Origin: a virus
DNA: 64,000 bases
Reading direction: 5' to 3' (one strand)
IMG/VR virus record: IMGVR_UViG_2919614203_000001
Coordinates: 9,916 to 73,915 of that record
Made by a program: the position numbers and the translations under genes. This document shows, piece by piece, positions 52,206 to 61,852 of this stretch (its first letter is position 1; each line of letters begins with the position of its first letter). The notes under the pieces are model-generated. The model was not told the origin of the DNA. It did not search any database and worked only from the letters and a program-made list of their open reading frames with translations.

Positions 52206-55200
52206 GTGGAAGGTATGCCTTCACTTGAGGTCGGCTTCGCGATCGACACCGGAGGTTCGTTCGAATCCCTGCAGCAGCTGCAGGCGGTGATGGACACCAC
52301 CGAAGCCAAGGTGGTGGCGGAAGCGGCGAAAATCGAAAAAGCCACGTCCGGCATGGTCAATCTTTCCGGCAGCACGGCCGAGGTGAAGGCGTTCGGCAAC
52401 GCCTACACGCGCGAGATGGAAAGCCTGTCGCGCAGCAACCGCATCGCAGAGAGCGCGGCCGAGCGCATGATCAAGCAGCTCGACTGGCAGGCCATGACAT
52501 TCGGCAAGACCACTCAGGAGATCCGCGAAATGCGGGTCGAGCAGCGGGCGCTGGCGGCGGAATCGCGCGGCCTGACGGATGTCGCGAACCGGTTGCGCGC
52601 GGCCAATGCCGAGATCCAGCGGCTTGAAGGCACGACCAACACCATCAACACGACATCGGGCAAGACGGCCTTCGGGATGCGCAATCTGGGCTTCCAGGTG
52701 CAGGACCTTGGAGTCCAGTTCGCCATGGCGGCGCAGTCGGGCGATCCGCTTCGCGGCGTGATGATGGCGCTTGTCCAGCAGGGGCCGCAGATCAAGGACG
52801 CCATGGAGCAGGCCGAGCTCAGTGTCGGCGGACTGGTCCAGCGCCTTGGCGCGGGTGCTGCGCGCTTTGGTGTGTTTGCGGTCGGCGCTGCCGCCGGCGC
52901 ATACCAGATGAAGCAGTTCACGGACTCGCTCAACGAGAGCGCTGGCACCGATGCTTTCATCCGCTCACTTGGCCTGACGGCGGACGAGATCAAGGAGCTG
53001 GAGAATACCACGGTCACCTTTGGCGACGTCGCCCTGGGCACGTGGGATGTCGTTTCCGGAGGCATCTGGGACGTGATCGGCCCGGCTGTCACAGCCGCGC
53101 GTGGCTGGTTCGACGAGTGGTTCACCCACATGAACGCCGAGGGCGCGAAGCTGATCAACAATGTCGTCGGTTTCTTCGTCGGCGGGTTCAACGCGATCGG
53201 TGCGACCTGGTCGCGCCTGCCCGGCGCGATCGGCGACATCGCGACGAATGCGGCGAACGCGACCATCGCGGCCATCAACAAGATGGTGCAGATGGCGGTG
53301 AACGGCATCAACGCGCTGATCAATGCGGCGAACAGGCTGCCCGGCGTCGACATCGCGACGTTGACCGCTCCGCAGATCGGGATGATCGAAAACACGTATG
53401 CCGGGGCGGGAAAGGGCGCTGCGGACGCCTTCACGACCGCGTTCGACGCAGCGCAGAAGAACTATTGGGGCGCGTTCACCAGTGCGGTCGGCAATGCCGC
53501 GGAAAAGCGGTTTCAGGACCGAATCCGCGCACAAGCGGGCGAACTCATCGGGGAGCGCCCGGATTCGCCGGGTAGCGCTGGACGCAAGTCCCGGGAAGTC
53601 GACGAACTCGCCAGGGCCTATGACCGCGCCCTGAAGGCGGCACAGGGCTTCAACGCCTCGCTCGAGAAGGAAATCGCGCAGTTCGGCAAGACCGCGATCG
53701 AGATCAAGCGCATGGAGGCCGAAACTGCGGCGCTCGCCGCGGAAAAGGCGATCGTCGCCGGGTTGTCCAAGGAACAGGCCGAGGCGCTTCAGAAAGAGGC
53801 CGCCGCGATCCGGACGAACGTCACCGAGTGGGAGAGACTGACCCGCGCGCAGGCGGAGGCTGACTGGCGCCAGAACGTCATCGTGCCGCTGGAACAGGAG
53901 CTGGCCCTGCTGGGCAAGGTCGGTCCGGAACGCGAACTCGCGGCGCTCGCCTTCGAAGAGCAGGCCTTGAAGGCGCAGTGGGCCAAGGACGGTATCAGCG
54001 ACGTGAACAAAGCGTGGGAGGAATACTTGCGCCTGCGGACGAAGATCATCAACGAAAAGAGCGCGATGGAAGCGGAGGCCGAAAAGGCCAAGCTGCTTAA
54101 CGATGAGCTGCGCGACATGATCGGCCTGCTCGGCAACCTCGGCGGCGTCGGGAACGCCATCGGCGGACTGCTCGGCGTATTCTCCGGCAACACGTCGGCG
54201 GTCGGCGGGCCGCTCGGCGATATCCTCAACGCGACGATCGGCACGCGCCAGGACGAGAAGACCGGCAAGGTCATCGCCCGGACGATCGGCGACGAATTGT
54301 CCGACGTTTTCGGCGCTGGCGGGCCGTTCGCGAAAACCATGTCCAGCCTTCTGCAGGGCGCTGGCGCCGGCATGATGGCCAGCGAGCTGGTGCTGGGCAA
54401 GAATTCGACGACGGAGAAGATCGGCGCGGCTCTGGGCGGTGCGGCGGGCAAGGCACTGGGCACGGCGATCGGCGGGCCGCTGGGCGGGGCGATCGGCAGC
54501 GTCTTGGGTGGTATCGCGGGCGGCTTCGTCGGCGGGCTGTTCAAGAAGACGAAGTCCGGCGGGGCGACGATCACCGGTGTCGACCAGTTCAGCGTGTTCG
54601 GCAACAGCAGCTCTCGCATGGATGCCGCGGGCGATCTGGCGGGTTCGGTCCTCTCCGGCCTGGATAGCATCGCCAAGGCGCTGGGCGGCACGCTGGGCGG
54701 CTTCAACACAACCATCGGCATTCGCGGCAAGGACTACCGCGTCAACGGCAGCGGCACGTCGCTGAAGACCAGCAAGGGCGCGATCGACTTCGGCGACGAT
54801 GCGCAGGCTGCGATTGCCTTCGCGATAGAGGATGCGATCAAGGACGGGGCCCTGATGGGCCTCCGCGCGGGGACGCAGGCGCTTTTGCAGAAGGAGGGCG
54901 AGTTCGAGGCCCAGCTGCAGAAGGCGCTCGCGTTCGAGGGTGTGTTCCGCGAGCTGAAGGCGATGACCAGCCCGCTGGTCGTCGGCCTGGAGGACATTGC
55001 CGACCGCTTCGCCCAGCTGAAGGAGATCTTCACCGAGGCCGGGGCGAGCGCCGAAGAGTTCGGGCAGCTGCAGGAGCTGATGACCCGCCAGCAGCAGGCG
55101 CTCATCGACCAGATCAGCGCGAACTATCGTTCCACGTTCTACACCGACGCGGAAAACCTGAAGTTCGCCAAGCAGACGATCAAGGACACGCTGACCCCGC

Positions 55201-56153
55201 TCGGCAAGGGCTCGGTCGATACCGTCGCCGAATACAAGAAACTGGTCGAAGCCACCGACGCGCTCGCAAATCCAGAGCTTTACGGCGCGCTGATGGAGCT
55301 GGCCGACGAGTTCGGCGTGATCAAGGACGCCGCCGATGCCGCCGCGGCCAACAAGGAGGCGCTGAAGGCGCTGGCCGAGGCGATCAAGGCGCAGCGCACG
55401 CAGCTGCAGGTCGACCTGCTCAATGCGCAGGGCCGGGCGCTGGAAGCCACCGCGAAACAGCGCGAGGCCGAGCTGGCGGCGATGGACGCCTCGCTGCGTC
55501 CGCTGCAGCAGCAGGTCTGGGCGCATCAGGACCTGGCCGATGCGTGGGAGCGCGAAAGCGCCGAGCTCAATGCGACGATCAAGACATTTGGCGATCTGGG
55601 CGACACCCTGCGCGAGTTCCGCGACGGGCTTTACCAGACCGACGACGCGACCAGCTCCTACACTCGCCGCCTCGCCGAATTGCAGCGGGTCGGCGGGCTC
55701 GCCTCGCTGGGCGACAGGGATGCCATGGGCCTCCTCCCCGGTGTCGGGCAGGACTTCCTGGAAGTCGCCAAGCGGCAGGCCAGTTCGCTGCAGGATTACC
55801 AGCGCGACGTCGCCCGCGTGGCTCGCTACGCCGACAGCGCGATCGGCGCGGCGGACGGCATGGTCAGCGAGGCGCAGGCGCAGCTGGACGTGCTGGAAGA
55901 GCAGGTCAGCCAGTTCATCCAGTTGAACGACACGGCGCTGTCGATCGAGGATGCGCTGGAGCGGATGGTCATCTCGCAGACCTCGCCGGCGCAGACGAAC
56001 GCCGACCTGGCGCCGCGCCTCGATCGTAACAACGAGCTGCTCGAGCGTCTGCACACCGCGATCGAGGCGGGTGCGCTGGCCAGCATCGACACCGCGACGC
56101 TCATCCGCCGGGTCAGCCGTAACGGCGTTGCGCTGGCGACGACTGCGTCATGA
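52206..56153 (+). CDS. Tail tape measure protein
   Basis: 1315 aa helical, lambda-type LxVxxQQGPQI motif, Gly-zipper GG.LGG segment. Confidence 0.9.
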   Translation: MEGMPSLEVGFAIDTGGSFESLQQLQAVMDTTEAKVVAEAAKIEKATSGMVNLSGSTAEVKAFGNAYTREMESLSRSNRIAESAAERMIKQLDWQAMTFGKTTQEIREMRVEQRALAAESRGLTDVANRLRAANAEIQRLEGTTNTINTTSGKTAFGMRNLGFQVQDLGVQFAMAAQSGDPLRGVMMALVQQGPQIKDAMEQAELSVGGLVQRLGAGAARFGVFAVGAAAGAYQMKQFTDSLNESAGTDAFIRSLGLTADEIKELENTTVTFGDVALGTWDVVSGGIWDVIGPAVTAARGWFDEWFTHMNAEGAKLINNVVGFFVGGFNAIGATWSRLPGAIGDIATNAANATIAAINKMVQMAVNGINALINAANRLPGVDIATLTAPQIGMIENTYAGAGKGAADAFTTAFDAAQKNYWGAFTSAVGNAAEKRFQDRIRAQAGELIGERPDSPGSAGRKSREVDELARAYDRALKAAQGFNASLEKEIAQFGKTAIEIKRMEAETAALAAEKAIVAGLSKEQAEALQKEAAAIRTNVTEWERLTRAQAEADWRQNVIVPLEQELALLGKVGPERELAALAFEEQALKAQWAKDGISDVNKAWEEYLRLRTKIINEKSAMEAEAEKAKLLNDELRDMIGLLGNLGGVGNAIGGLLGVFSGNTSAVGGPLGDILNATIGTRQDEKTGKVIARTIGDELSDVFGAGGPFAKTMSSLLQGAGAGMMASELVLGKNSTTEKIGAALGGAAGKALGTAIGGPLGGAIGSVLGGIAGGFVGGLFKKTKSGGATITGVDQFSVFGNSSSRMDAAGDLAGSVLSGLDSIAKALGGTLGGFNTTIGIRGKDYRVNGSGTSLKTSKGAIDFGDDAQAAIAFAIEDAIKDGALMGLRAGTQALLQKEGEFEAQLQKALAFEGVFRELKAMTSPLVVGLEDIADRFAQLKEIFTEAGASAEEFGQLQELMTRQQQALIDQISANYRSTFYTDAENLKFAKQTIKDTLTPLGKGSVDTVAEYKKLVEATDALANPELYGALMELADEFGVIKDAADAAAANKEALKALAEAIKAQRTQLQVDLLNAQGRALEATAKQREAELAAMDASLRPLQQQVWAHQDLADAWERESAELNATIKTFGDLGDTLREFRDGLYQTDDATSSYTRRLAELQRVGGLASLGDRDAMGLLPGVGQDFLEVAKRQASSLQDYQRDVARVARYADSAIGAADGMVSEAQAQLDVLEEQVSQFIQLNDTALSIEDALERMVISQTSPAQTNADLAPRLDRNNELLERLHTAIEAGALASIDTATLIRRVSRNGVALATTAS

Positions 56154-57046
56154 AGATCATCCTGCCGCTGGAGATCACCGGTGCGAACCTGATCGACACC
56201 AACGTCACCGAGACGCTGCCGGTGTGGGATGAAGCCACGGCCTATGTCACCGCCGACCAGGTGCGCGTGATCCAGGCGGACGGCACCGGCATCGCCTACG
56301 AGGCGCTGGCGGGCAACACCGGCAAGGATCCCGCCGAAAATCCTGCCGAATGGCTCGATCTTGGCCCGACGAACCTGTGGGCGATGTTCGACAAGAAGGT
56401 CGGCACGCGGACTGTGCTGGAAGGGTCGGTCGACGTTAGCATCGACGTGACCGGCCGGGCGGACAGCCTGGCGCTGCTGAACCTGACGGGGACGGATGTC
56501 GACGTCGTCGTCGCGGATGCAGACGGGAACACGATCTACGACGAGAACTATCCGCTCGTTTCGGTCGACGGCATCGACAACTGGTACGATTATTTCTTCG
56601 CGGAGATCGAGACCACCGACAAGCTGATCCTGACGGATCTGCCGAACAACTACAACACGACCGTCCGGATCACCGTGAACTATGCCGATGCCACGGCCGG
56701 CGTGGGCTGGTTCGCGATCGGGCGCCTTGTGGATTTCGGCGTGACCGAGAAGGGCATGGGCATCGGGATCACCGACTACAGCCTCAAGGAAGCCGACGAT
56801 TTCGGAAACCTGTTCGTGTCGGAGCGTCCCTATTCCGGCACGGTCGTCGCCCGCGCGCTGGTGGAAAAGAGACGCGTCGATCCGGTCTACAGGACGCTGG
56901 CCGGCATTCGCGCCACGCCCGTCGTGTGGATCCCGGCCGACGCCTACACCAGTTCGATCGTCGTCGGCTTTTTCCGCGAGTTCAAGATCGCGATCGAATA
57001 CCCGACTTACTCCCTCTGCAACATCGAGATTGAAGGGCTGACCTGA
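56150..57046 (+). CDS. Tail tip / distal tail protein
   Basis: 298 aa directly after TMP; W.D.GPTN.W.MFD; IGI.DYS.K..D.FGN. Confidence 0.65.
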   Translation: MKIILPLEITGANLIDTNVTETLPVWDEATAYVTADQVRVIQADGTGIAYEALAGNTGKDPAENPAEWLDLGPTNLWAMFDKKVGTRTVLEGSVDVSIDVTGRADSLALLNLTGTDVDVVVADADGNTIYDENYPLVSVDGIDNWYDYFFAEIETTDKLILTDLPNNYNTTVRITVNYADATAGVGWFAIGRLVDFGVTEKGMGIGITDYSLKEADDFGNLFVSERPYSGTVVARALVEKRRVDPVYRTLAGIRATPVVWIPADAYTSSIVVGFFREFKIAIEYPTYSLCNIEIEGLT

Positions 57047-57993
57047 TGGCCGCACCGGAAATTACCACCCCGCCCGATGCGCCGGTGCGGGGCGAAGCTG
57101 CTGTCGATTTCGCGTCGAAGGCGGACGCCTTTGTCGCCTGGCTGGTGCTCTTCGTGACGCAGCTGCGCGCGGCGATCCTCTACATCGCGCAGCTGATGGC
57201 CGGGGCGCTTTCGTCCACCAGCTCCACGTCGGTGGCGATCGGGACGGGCACGCTGGTGTTCGAGCTCGACACCGAGGCTTCGTTCGTCGCCGGGCAGTCG
57301 GTCATCATCTCGGCCGATGCCGACAATTACATGCTGGGGACGGTCACCGATTATACCCACCCGGATCTGACGGTCGACGTGCTGTCGGTGACGGGCGCGG
57401 GCACTTTCGCGGACTGGGCCATCGGCCTGAACGTGTCGGCCGAAGACATCACGGCGGGCGGCATCGAGGCAGGCGCGCTGGCGATGCGCGACACCATCAA
57501 CGGCGCTGACTGGTCGGGCACCGATCTTTCCGTTGCCAACGGCGGCACGGGGGCGAGTGATGCGGCGACAGCTCGAACCAACCTTGCGGCGCTGGGCGCG
57601 GCGACGGCGGCGCAGGTGCGGGCGGGTATCGCCACCGATGTCGGCCTGACCCCGGCCAACCTCTACGCCGCCGGCGACGAGGTGGCGGTGGCCTATGCGG
57701 CCTCGATCGAGCTGGACTTCGCCGCGGGGCGCAACTTTGCGATCGGGCCCCTGACCGGCAACGTGTTCCTGGAGAACCCGGTCAACGCGATCGACGGGAT
57801 GTGGGGCGATATCGCCGTGCCGCAGGACGGCACCGGCGGGCGCACGATCGATTACGATACGAACTGGCGCTTTCCTAGCGGCAAGGCGGTGGGCGGGGTG
57901 CTTTCGACCGCCCCCAATGCCGAGGACATCATCAGCTATCGCGTGCGCAACGGCCTTTTCTACGGCACCGTGCGCAAGGGCTTCGCAGCCTGA
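57046..57993 (+). CDS. Tail fibre-like protein
   Basis: P..P.R...F...ADAF N-terminus, NGGTGAS.A..AR.NL repeat, QDGTGGR C-terminal domain. Confidence 0.65.
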   Translation: MAAPEITTPPDAPVRGEAAVDFASKADAFVAWLVLFVTQLRAAILYIAQLMAGALSSTSSTSVAIGTGTLVFELDTEASFVAGQSVIISADADNYMLGTVTDYTHPDLTVDVLSVTGAGTFADWAIGLNVSAEDITAGGIEAGALAMRDTINGADWSGTDLSVANGGTGASDAATARTNLAALGAATAAQVRAGIATDVGLTPANLYAAGDEVAVAYAASIELDFAAGRNFAIGPLTGNVFLENPVNAIDGMWGDIAVPQDGTGGRTIDYDTNWRFPSGKAVGGVLSTAPNAEDIISYRVRNGLFYGTVRKGFAA

Positions 57994-58892
57994 TGTTCGC
58001 GCCGCCCTTCTTCGGCGATCCGGACGCGGAGGTCGCGATCGACCTGGCCGTCTCGGTTTCGCCCGCATCCCGATCGACCGTGGGGTCGACCGCCACCTTG
58101 ACCAGCGAGGCGGTGACCGCCGTGGCGGTCGGCGGCACGGGCCCCTATAGCTACGCCTGGACGAAGTTGTCGGGCGGGGCGATCACGATCAACAGCCCGG
58201 CTGCGGCGACGACCACCTTCACGGCGGCGAGCATGGGCATCGGAGAGAGCCGCACGGCCTATTTCCTGTGCACGGTGACCGATGCGGCGACGGACACGGT
58301 GACGACGGTCACCGTAACAGTGACCTTCCTGCGCGCCGCGGCGCTCTCGGTTTCGGTCGCCAACAGGTCACGAAGCGGCACGGCGGGGACGCTCAGCACC
58401 ACTTATCCGGCCAGCAGCGTTGACGTTTCCGGCGGTGTGCCGCCCTATTCCTACGCATGGGTAAAGGTGTCGGGCGATGCGATCACCATCACGGACGAGA
58501 CGACGACCACGCCGACCTTTTCCGCGACCGGCCTGGCCTACGGCGAAAGCCGCGAAGCCAGGTATGAACTGACGGTCACCGATTCCGTCGGCACGATCGG
58601 CAGCGACGAGGCGGACATTGCGCTGTCCCGTGACACGGCGACGACGTTCAGCCCCGTGCCGGGATCGGTCAGCGGGCAGAGCGTCACGCTGAGCGCCAGC
58701 AACCTGGTCCGGTGGGTTTATACCAAGTCGGGCAGTTCGGGCGCGTCGGCGAGCCTCACCTCCGGCTTTCAGGGCACGTCGATCACCTTCGCACAAAATA
58801 CGCCCGGAACGGCGACATTCACTGTCACCGCGCGGAGCTCCGACAACACCACCGTGCTGGGCACGTGGACGATCACGGTGACCAAATCATGA
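57993..58892 (+). CDS. Ig/PKD-repeat virion protein
   Basis: Two repeats GG..PYSYAW.K.SG.AITI......TTF; Thr/Ser-rich. Confidence 0.7.
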   Translation: MFAPPFFGDPDAEVAIDLAVSVSPASRSTVGSTATLTSEAVTAVAVGGTGPYSYAWTKLSGGAITINSPAAATTTFTAASMGIGESRTAYFLCTVTDAATDTVTTVTVTVTFLRAAALSVSVANRSRSGTAGTLSTTYPASSVDVSGGVPPYSYAWVKVSGDAITITDETTTTPTFSATGLAYGESREARYELTVTDSVGTIGSDEADIALSRDTATTFSPVPGSVSGQSVTLSASNLVRWVYTKSGSSGASASLTSGFQGTSITFAQNTPGTATFTVTARSSDNTTVLGTWTITVTKS

Positions 58893-59035
58893 TGAGGGTG
58901 CTGCACCAGGGCGGGCGGATCATCTACCGCCGCGTCGACGGCATCCGGCGCCCTCTGCTGGTGGAGTCCACGCCGACTTTCGACAGCACGGCCGTCAAAT
59001 TCGATAGCACCCTTTGGAAGTGGGATATGACCTGA
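58889..59035 (+). CDS. Small virion protein
   Basis: 48 aa; TFDSTAVKFDST motif; coupled junctions. Confidence 0.5.
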   Translation: MMRVLHQGGRIIYRRVDGIRRPLLVESTPTFDSTAVKFDSTLWKWDMT

Positions 59036-59535
59036 TGGCGCAGCAGACAATCAATCTGGGCGCGGGCCCGAACGACAACACTGGGGACGATCTGCGCACG
59101 GGTGGCGACAAGATCAACGACAACTTCACTGAATTGTATGCTGAAGTCGCGACGATCCCTGATGCCTACACCGACGAACAGGTGCGCGATGTCATCGGCA
59201 CTGCACTGATTGAGGGCTCGGGTATCGAGATCACCGTCAATGACGGCGGTGATACGATCACCATTTCGGCCACTGGCGGCGGCGGGTCGCTGGAATGGGT
59301 GCCCAATTTTACCGCCGATGGCGAAGTGCGGATTTACGCAAGCGAAGCCATGACGATTACACAACAGGGGACCAGCGGGACAGGCTCAGTCGCCTATGAG
59401 AAAAGCACGGCCGCCGCGCCCGCTACGTTTTCCGGTACGTCCAGCCCTGCGACTCTGGAAGCTGGCGCATGGCTGAAGGTGACCGCCTCGGCCGTCGCCA
59501 CACTGTTCGCCGTCGCGCTCAAGAGGACCGCATGA
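59035..59535 (+). CDS. Fibre-anchor protein with NDxTGDxLR motif
   Basis: QTINLG..PND.TGD.LR.GGDKIN.NF.ELY, recalled from T4 gp9/10-type N-termini. Confidence 0.65.
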   Translation: MAQQTINLGAGPNDNTGDDLRTGGDKINDNFTELYAEVATIPDAYTDEQVRDVIGTALIEGSGIEITVNDGGDTITISATGGGGSLEWVPNFTADGEVRIYASEAMTITQQGTSGTGSVAYEKSTAAAPATFSGTSSPATLEAGAWLKVTASAVATLFAVALKRTA

Positions 59536-60152
59536 TCGTCCAATCGTGCCCTTTTCCTTCCGGGGGCGACCTGAGCGAGTTCCCTTTGGTCGCCCGCGCG
59601 ACGACGATTGAAGGTGGGACCATCCCCCTCTTGGGTCTCGACCTAACCGATTACCAATCGATCTTCGTGGCTATCGACGGGGTGAGGGTCAGCGTTGTAA
59701 ACACTCAGATCGGGCTTCGGGTGTCGGTCGACGGCGCGCTGCGGGCGAGCGGCTACCGTTACCTGAAAAACGCCGTTGATAGTAGCTCAACTACGGTTGG
59801 TAGTTATTATAGCCAAGGCGGCGACCGCGCCCTTCTTTCGACCAACGTGACAAACGCGGGCAGTCATTCCGCGAGTTGGGGCGTGCTCATTTCCGACAAC
59901 GATCCATCTTTGTTCAAGAACATGATCTTTGAAGAAGCCCGTATGATTTCCAACGCACCGGGCACTGCCACATATAGGGGTATTGGATGCGCTACGCTCG
60001 AAGTGGCTGGAACCATCGACGGGTTCCATCTTATTCCTGACAGCACCGGGGTGATCACCGAGGGAAGCCTTGCCGTTTACGGCGTCAAAAAGTCCGCTCG
60101 GACGGCAGGTGCTGTTGCGCTGGCGTCGATGTGGGTGGGGGCTTTGTCATGA
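59532..60152 (+). CDS. Beta-sandwich phage domain protein (paralog of 61325-61852); probable N-terminal part of a split PhoD fusion
   Basis: L.LTDYQ....IDG...LR, I.....K, G...G..L.P..G....G...YG; ends WVGALS-stop overlapping PhoD ATG. Confidence 0.65.
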   Translation: MIVQSCPFPSGGDLSEFPLVARATTIEGGTIPLLGLDLTDYQSIFVAIDGVRVSVVNTQIGLRVSVDGALRASGYRYLKNAVDSSSTTVGSYYSQGGDRALLSTNVTNAGSHSASWGVLISDNDPSLFKNMIFEEARMISNAPGTATYRGIGCATLEVAGTIDGFHLIPDSTGVITEGSLAVYGVKKSARTAGAVALASMWVGALS

Positions 60153-61315
60153 GCGGGGCAACCATTTCCATCCGCACTACCCGCAATACCAATGTGCGGC
60201 TTGCCTATTCGACCGATAGCGGACTCGCGTCGCCGTCGTATTCTGCATCGCAAGTTACGATTGATCGGACAGCCAAGTTCATCTTGACGGGTCTCGACCC
60301 CAACACCCGCTATTACTACGGCGCTGAAATTGACGGTATTCTGCAAGCGACAATCGGGACGTTCAAGACGCTGGGCGCGACCACCCTCAAGGTCTGCGTT
60401 TCGGGTGATGCGAGCAGCGGAAGCAACGCTGCGGTCTATGATACGATCCGAACCGAAGCGCCCGACCTGTTCCTGCACTTGGGGGATATTCACTACGACG
60501 ACAATTTCCTGAATTCGGAAGCGGTCGTCAACGGCTCGCTGGATCGGGTGTTTGCCCAAGCCAAGCCTGCCCAACTGTTTCGCGATATTCCCTCCTTGTG
60601 GATTTACGACGACCACGATTTTGGGCCGAACGACAGCCACGCTGGTTCGGGGATGACGGCTTCGTCTTCGATGTATCGCAAGCGGGCTCCCTCCTATCCG
60701 CTGCAATCGTCCACTTCGACTGACCCGGTTTATCACTCGTTCGAGATCAATGTTGACGGCATCGGGGTCGTGTTCATCGTGACCGACCAGCGTGCGGCAG
60801 CCTCGGACAAGACCGCAACCGACAATTCCAGCAAGACCATGCTCGGCACCACGCAGAAGACATGGTTCAAGGGTCTGTTTTCGAACCCGGCCAACGATGG
60901 AAAACTGTTCGTGTGGCTTTGCTCGCGGGCCTGGGGTGGTGTGGCGACTGCCGGTGCCGATCATTGGGGCGGCTTCACGACCGAACGCACCGAACTTGGC
61001 GCGCATATCCATGCCGAAGCACCTGGCCGGTGCCTTGTGCTTTCCGCCGACATGCACTCGCTCGCCTTTGATAACGGCACAAACCACACGTTCGGCAGCG
61101 AACCATTCGTCACCCTGCAATGCTCGCCGCTCGATAGGACCGGCGACACAACCTATGGCGGAGCGACCTATTCGCAGGGCCAATACACCAACAACGGCCA
61201 GTTTGCGGTCCTGACCTTCGCCAAGACGGGCGCGTCCCAGATCACGGTAGCGGCGGTCGGCAAGAACGCTGCCGGGTCAACGCTCGTCACCTATTCCCCC
61301 GTATTCAATCTGTGA
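60149..61315 (+). CDS. phoD: PhoD-like alkaline phosphatase/phosphodiesterase lacking signal peptide
   Basis: Fn3-like N-domain (LTGL.PNTRYYY), metal motifs HLGDIHYDD, YDDHDFGPND, TDQR, MLG..QK.W, SADMH. Confidence 0.82.
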   Translation: MSGATISIRTTRNTNVRLAYSTDSGLASPSYSASQVTIDRTAKFILTGLDPNTRYYYGAEIDGILQATIGTFKTLGATTLKVCVSGDASSGSNAAVYDTIRTEAPDLFLHLGDIHYDDNFLNSEAVVNGSLDRVFAQAKPAQLFRDIPSLWIYDDHDFGPNDSHAGSGMTASSSMYRKRAPSYPLQSSTSTDPVYHSFEINVDGIGVVFIVTDQRAAASDKTATDNSSKTMLGTTQKTWFKGLFSNPANDGKLFVWLCSRAWGGVATAGADHWGGFTTERTELGAHIHAEAPGRCLVLSADMHSLAFDNGTNHTFGSEPFVTLQCSPLDRTGDTTYGGATYSQGQYTNNGQFAVLTFAKTGASQITVAAVGKNAAGSTLVTYSPVFNL

Positions 61316-61324
61316 GGCCCTGAC

Positions 61325-61852
61325 ATGGCTTGGTCTATCATTTCGCATCAATCGGCCCCGGCTTCGAACCAGTTTGACTTTAGCAGCCTCACTCTCAGCG
61401 GATACCAGCGCCTTGTTCTGATGCTGGACGGGCTTGTCGTCGGGACTGACGGGGCGTTTATCCAATTGCGCCTCAAAATCGCCGGTTCGGAGATCTCGAC
61501 CAGCTACCGCTGGCACCATCGGGTGCATTCCTCGTCGAGTACGATTGAATCAACCAATACGCAGACCGGCACCTTCGTTCCGCTGATCTACGGGAGTGCA
61601 TCAGATTGGGGCATCGGGAATGCGGCGGGGAAAAGCGGCAGCGCAATGGTGCAGATCAGCAACCCTACTGCCGCACTCTACAAGACGATGACCGTTGACA
61701 GTGTGGTCAATGCTAAGACGGGCAGCATCGTGCGGGCCATCGGTGGAGGTTCGCTCGACAATACTGGCTCGATGAATGGGCTGCGGGTCTATCCGTCAAC
61801 TGGCACCCTGACGGCCGGCAAGGCGACTCTTTACGGTCTTAATACCGCCTGA
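61325..61852 (+). CDS. Beta-sandwich phage domain protein (standalone paralog)
   Basis: FDFSSL.LSGYQ.L.L..DG, QLR, ISNP....YK, G.L..P..G....G..TLYG. Confidence 0.7.
   Translation: MAWSIISHQSAPASNQFDFSSLTLSGYQRLVLMLDGLVVGTDGAFIQLRLKIAGSEISTSYRWHHRVHSSSSTIESTNTQTGTFVPLIYGSASDWGIGNAAGKSGSAMVQISNPTAALYKTMTVDSVVNAKTGSIVRAIGGGSLDNTGSMNGLRVYPSTGTLTAGKATLYGLNTA

Noticed and set aside
60131-60152. Canonical programmed -1 slippery heptamer at the PhoD junction
   Set aside because: No X XXY YYZ in phase; a 1-nt deletion, assembly error or simple ATGA coupling is more likely than classical frameshifting.
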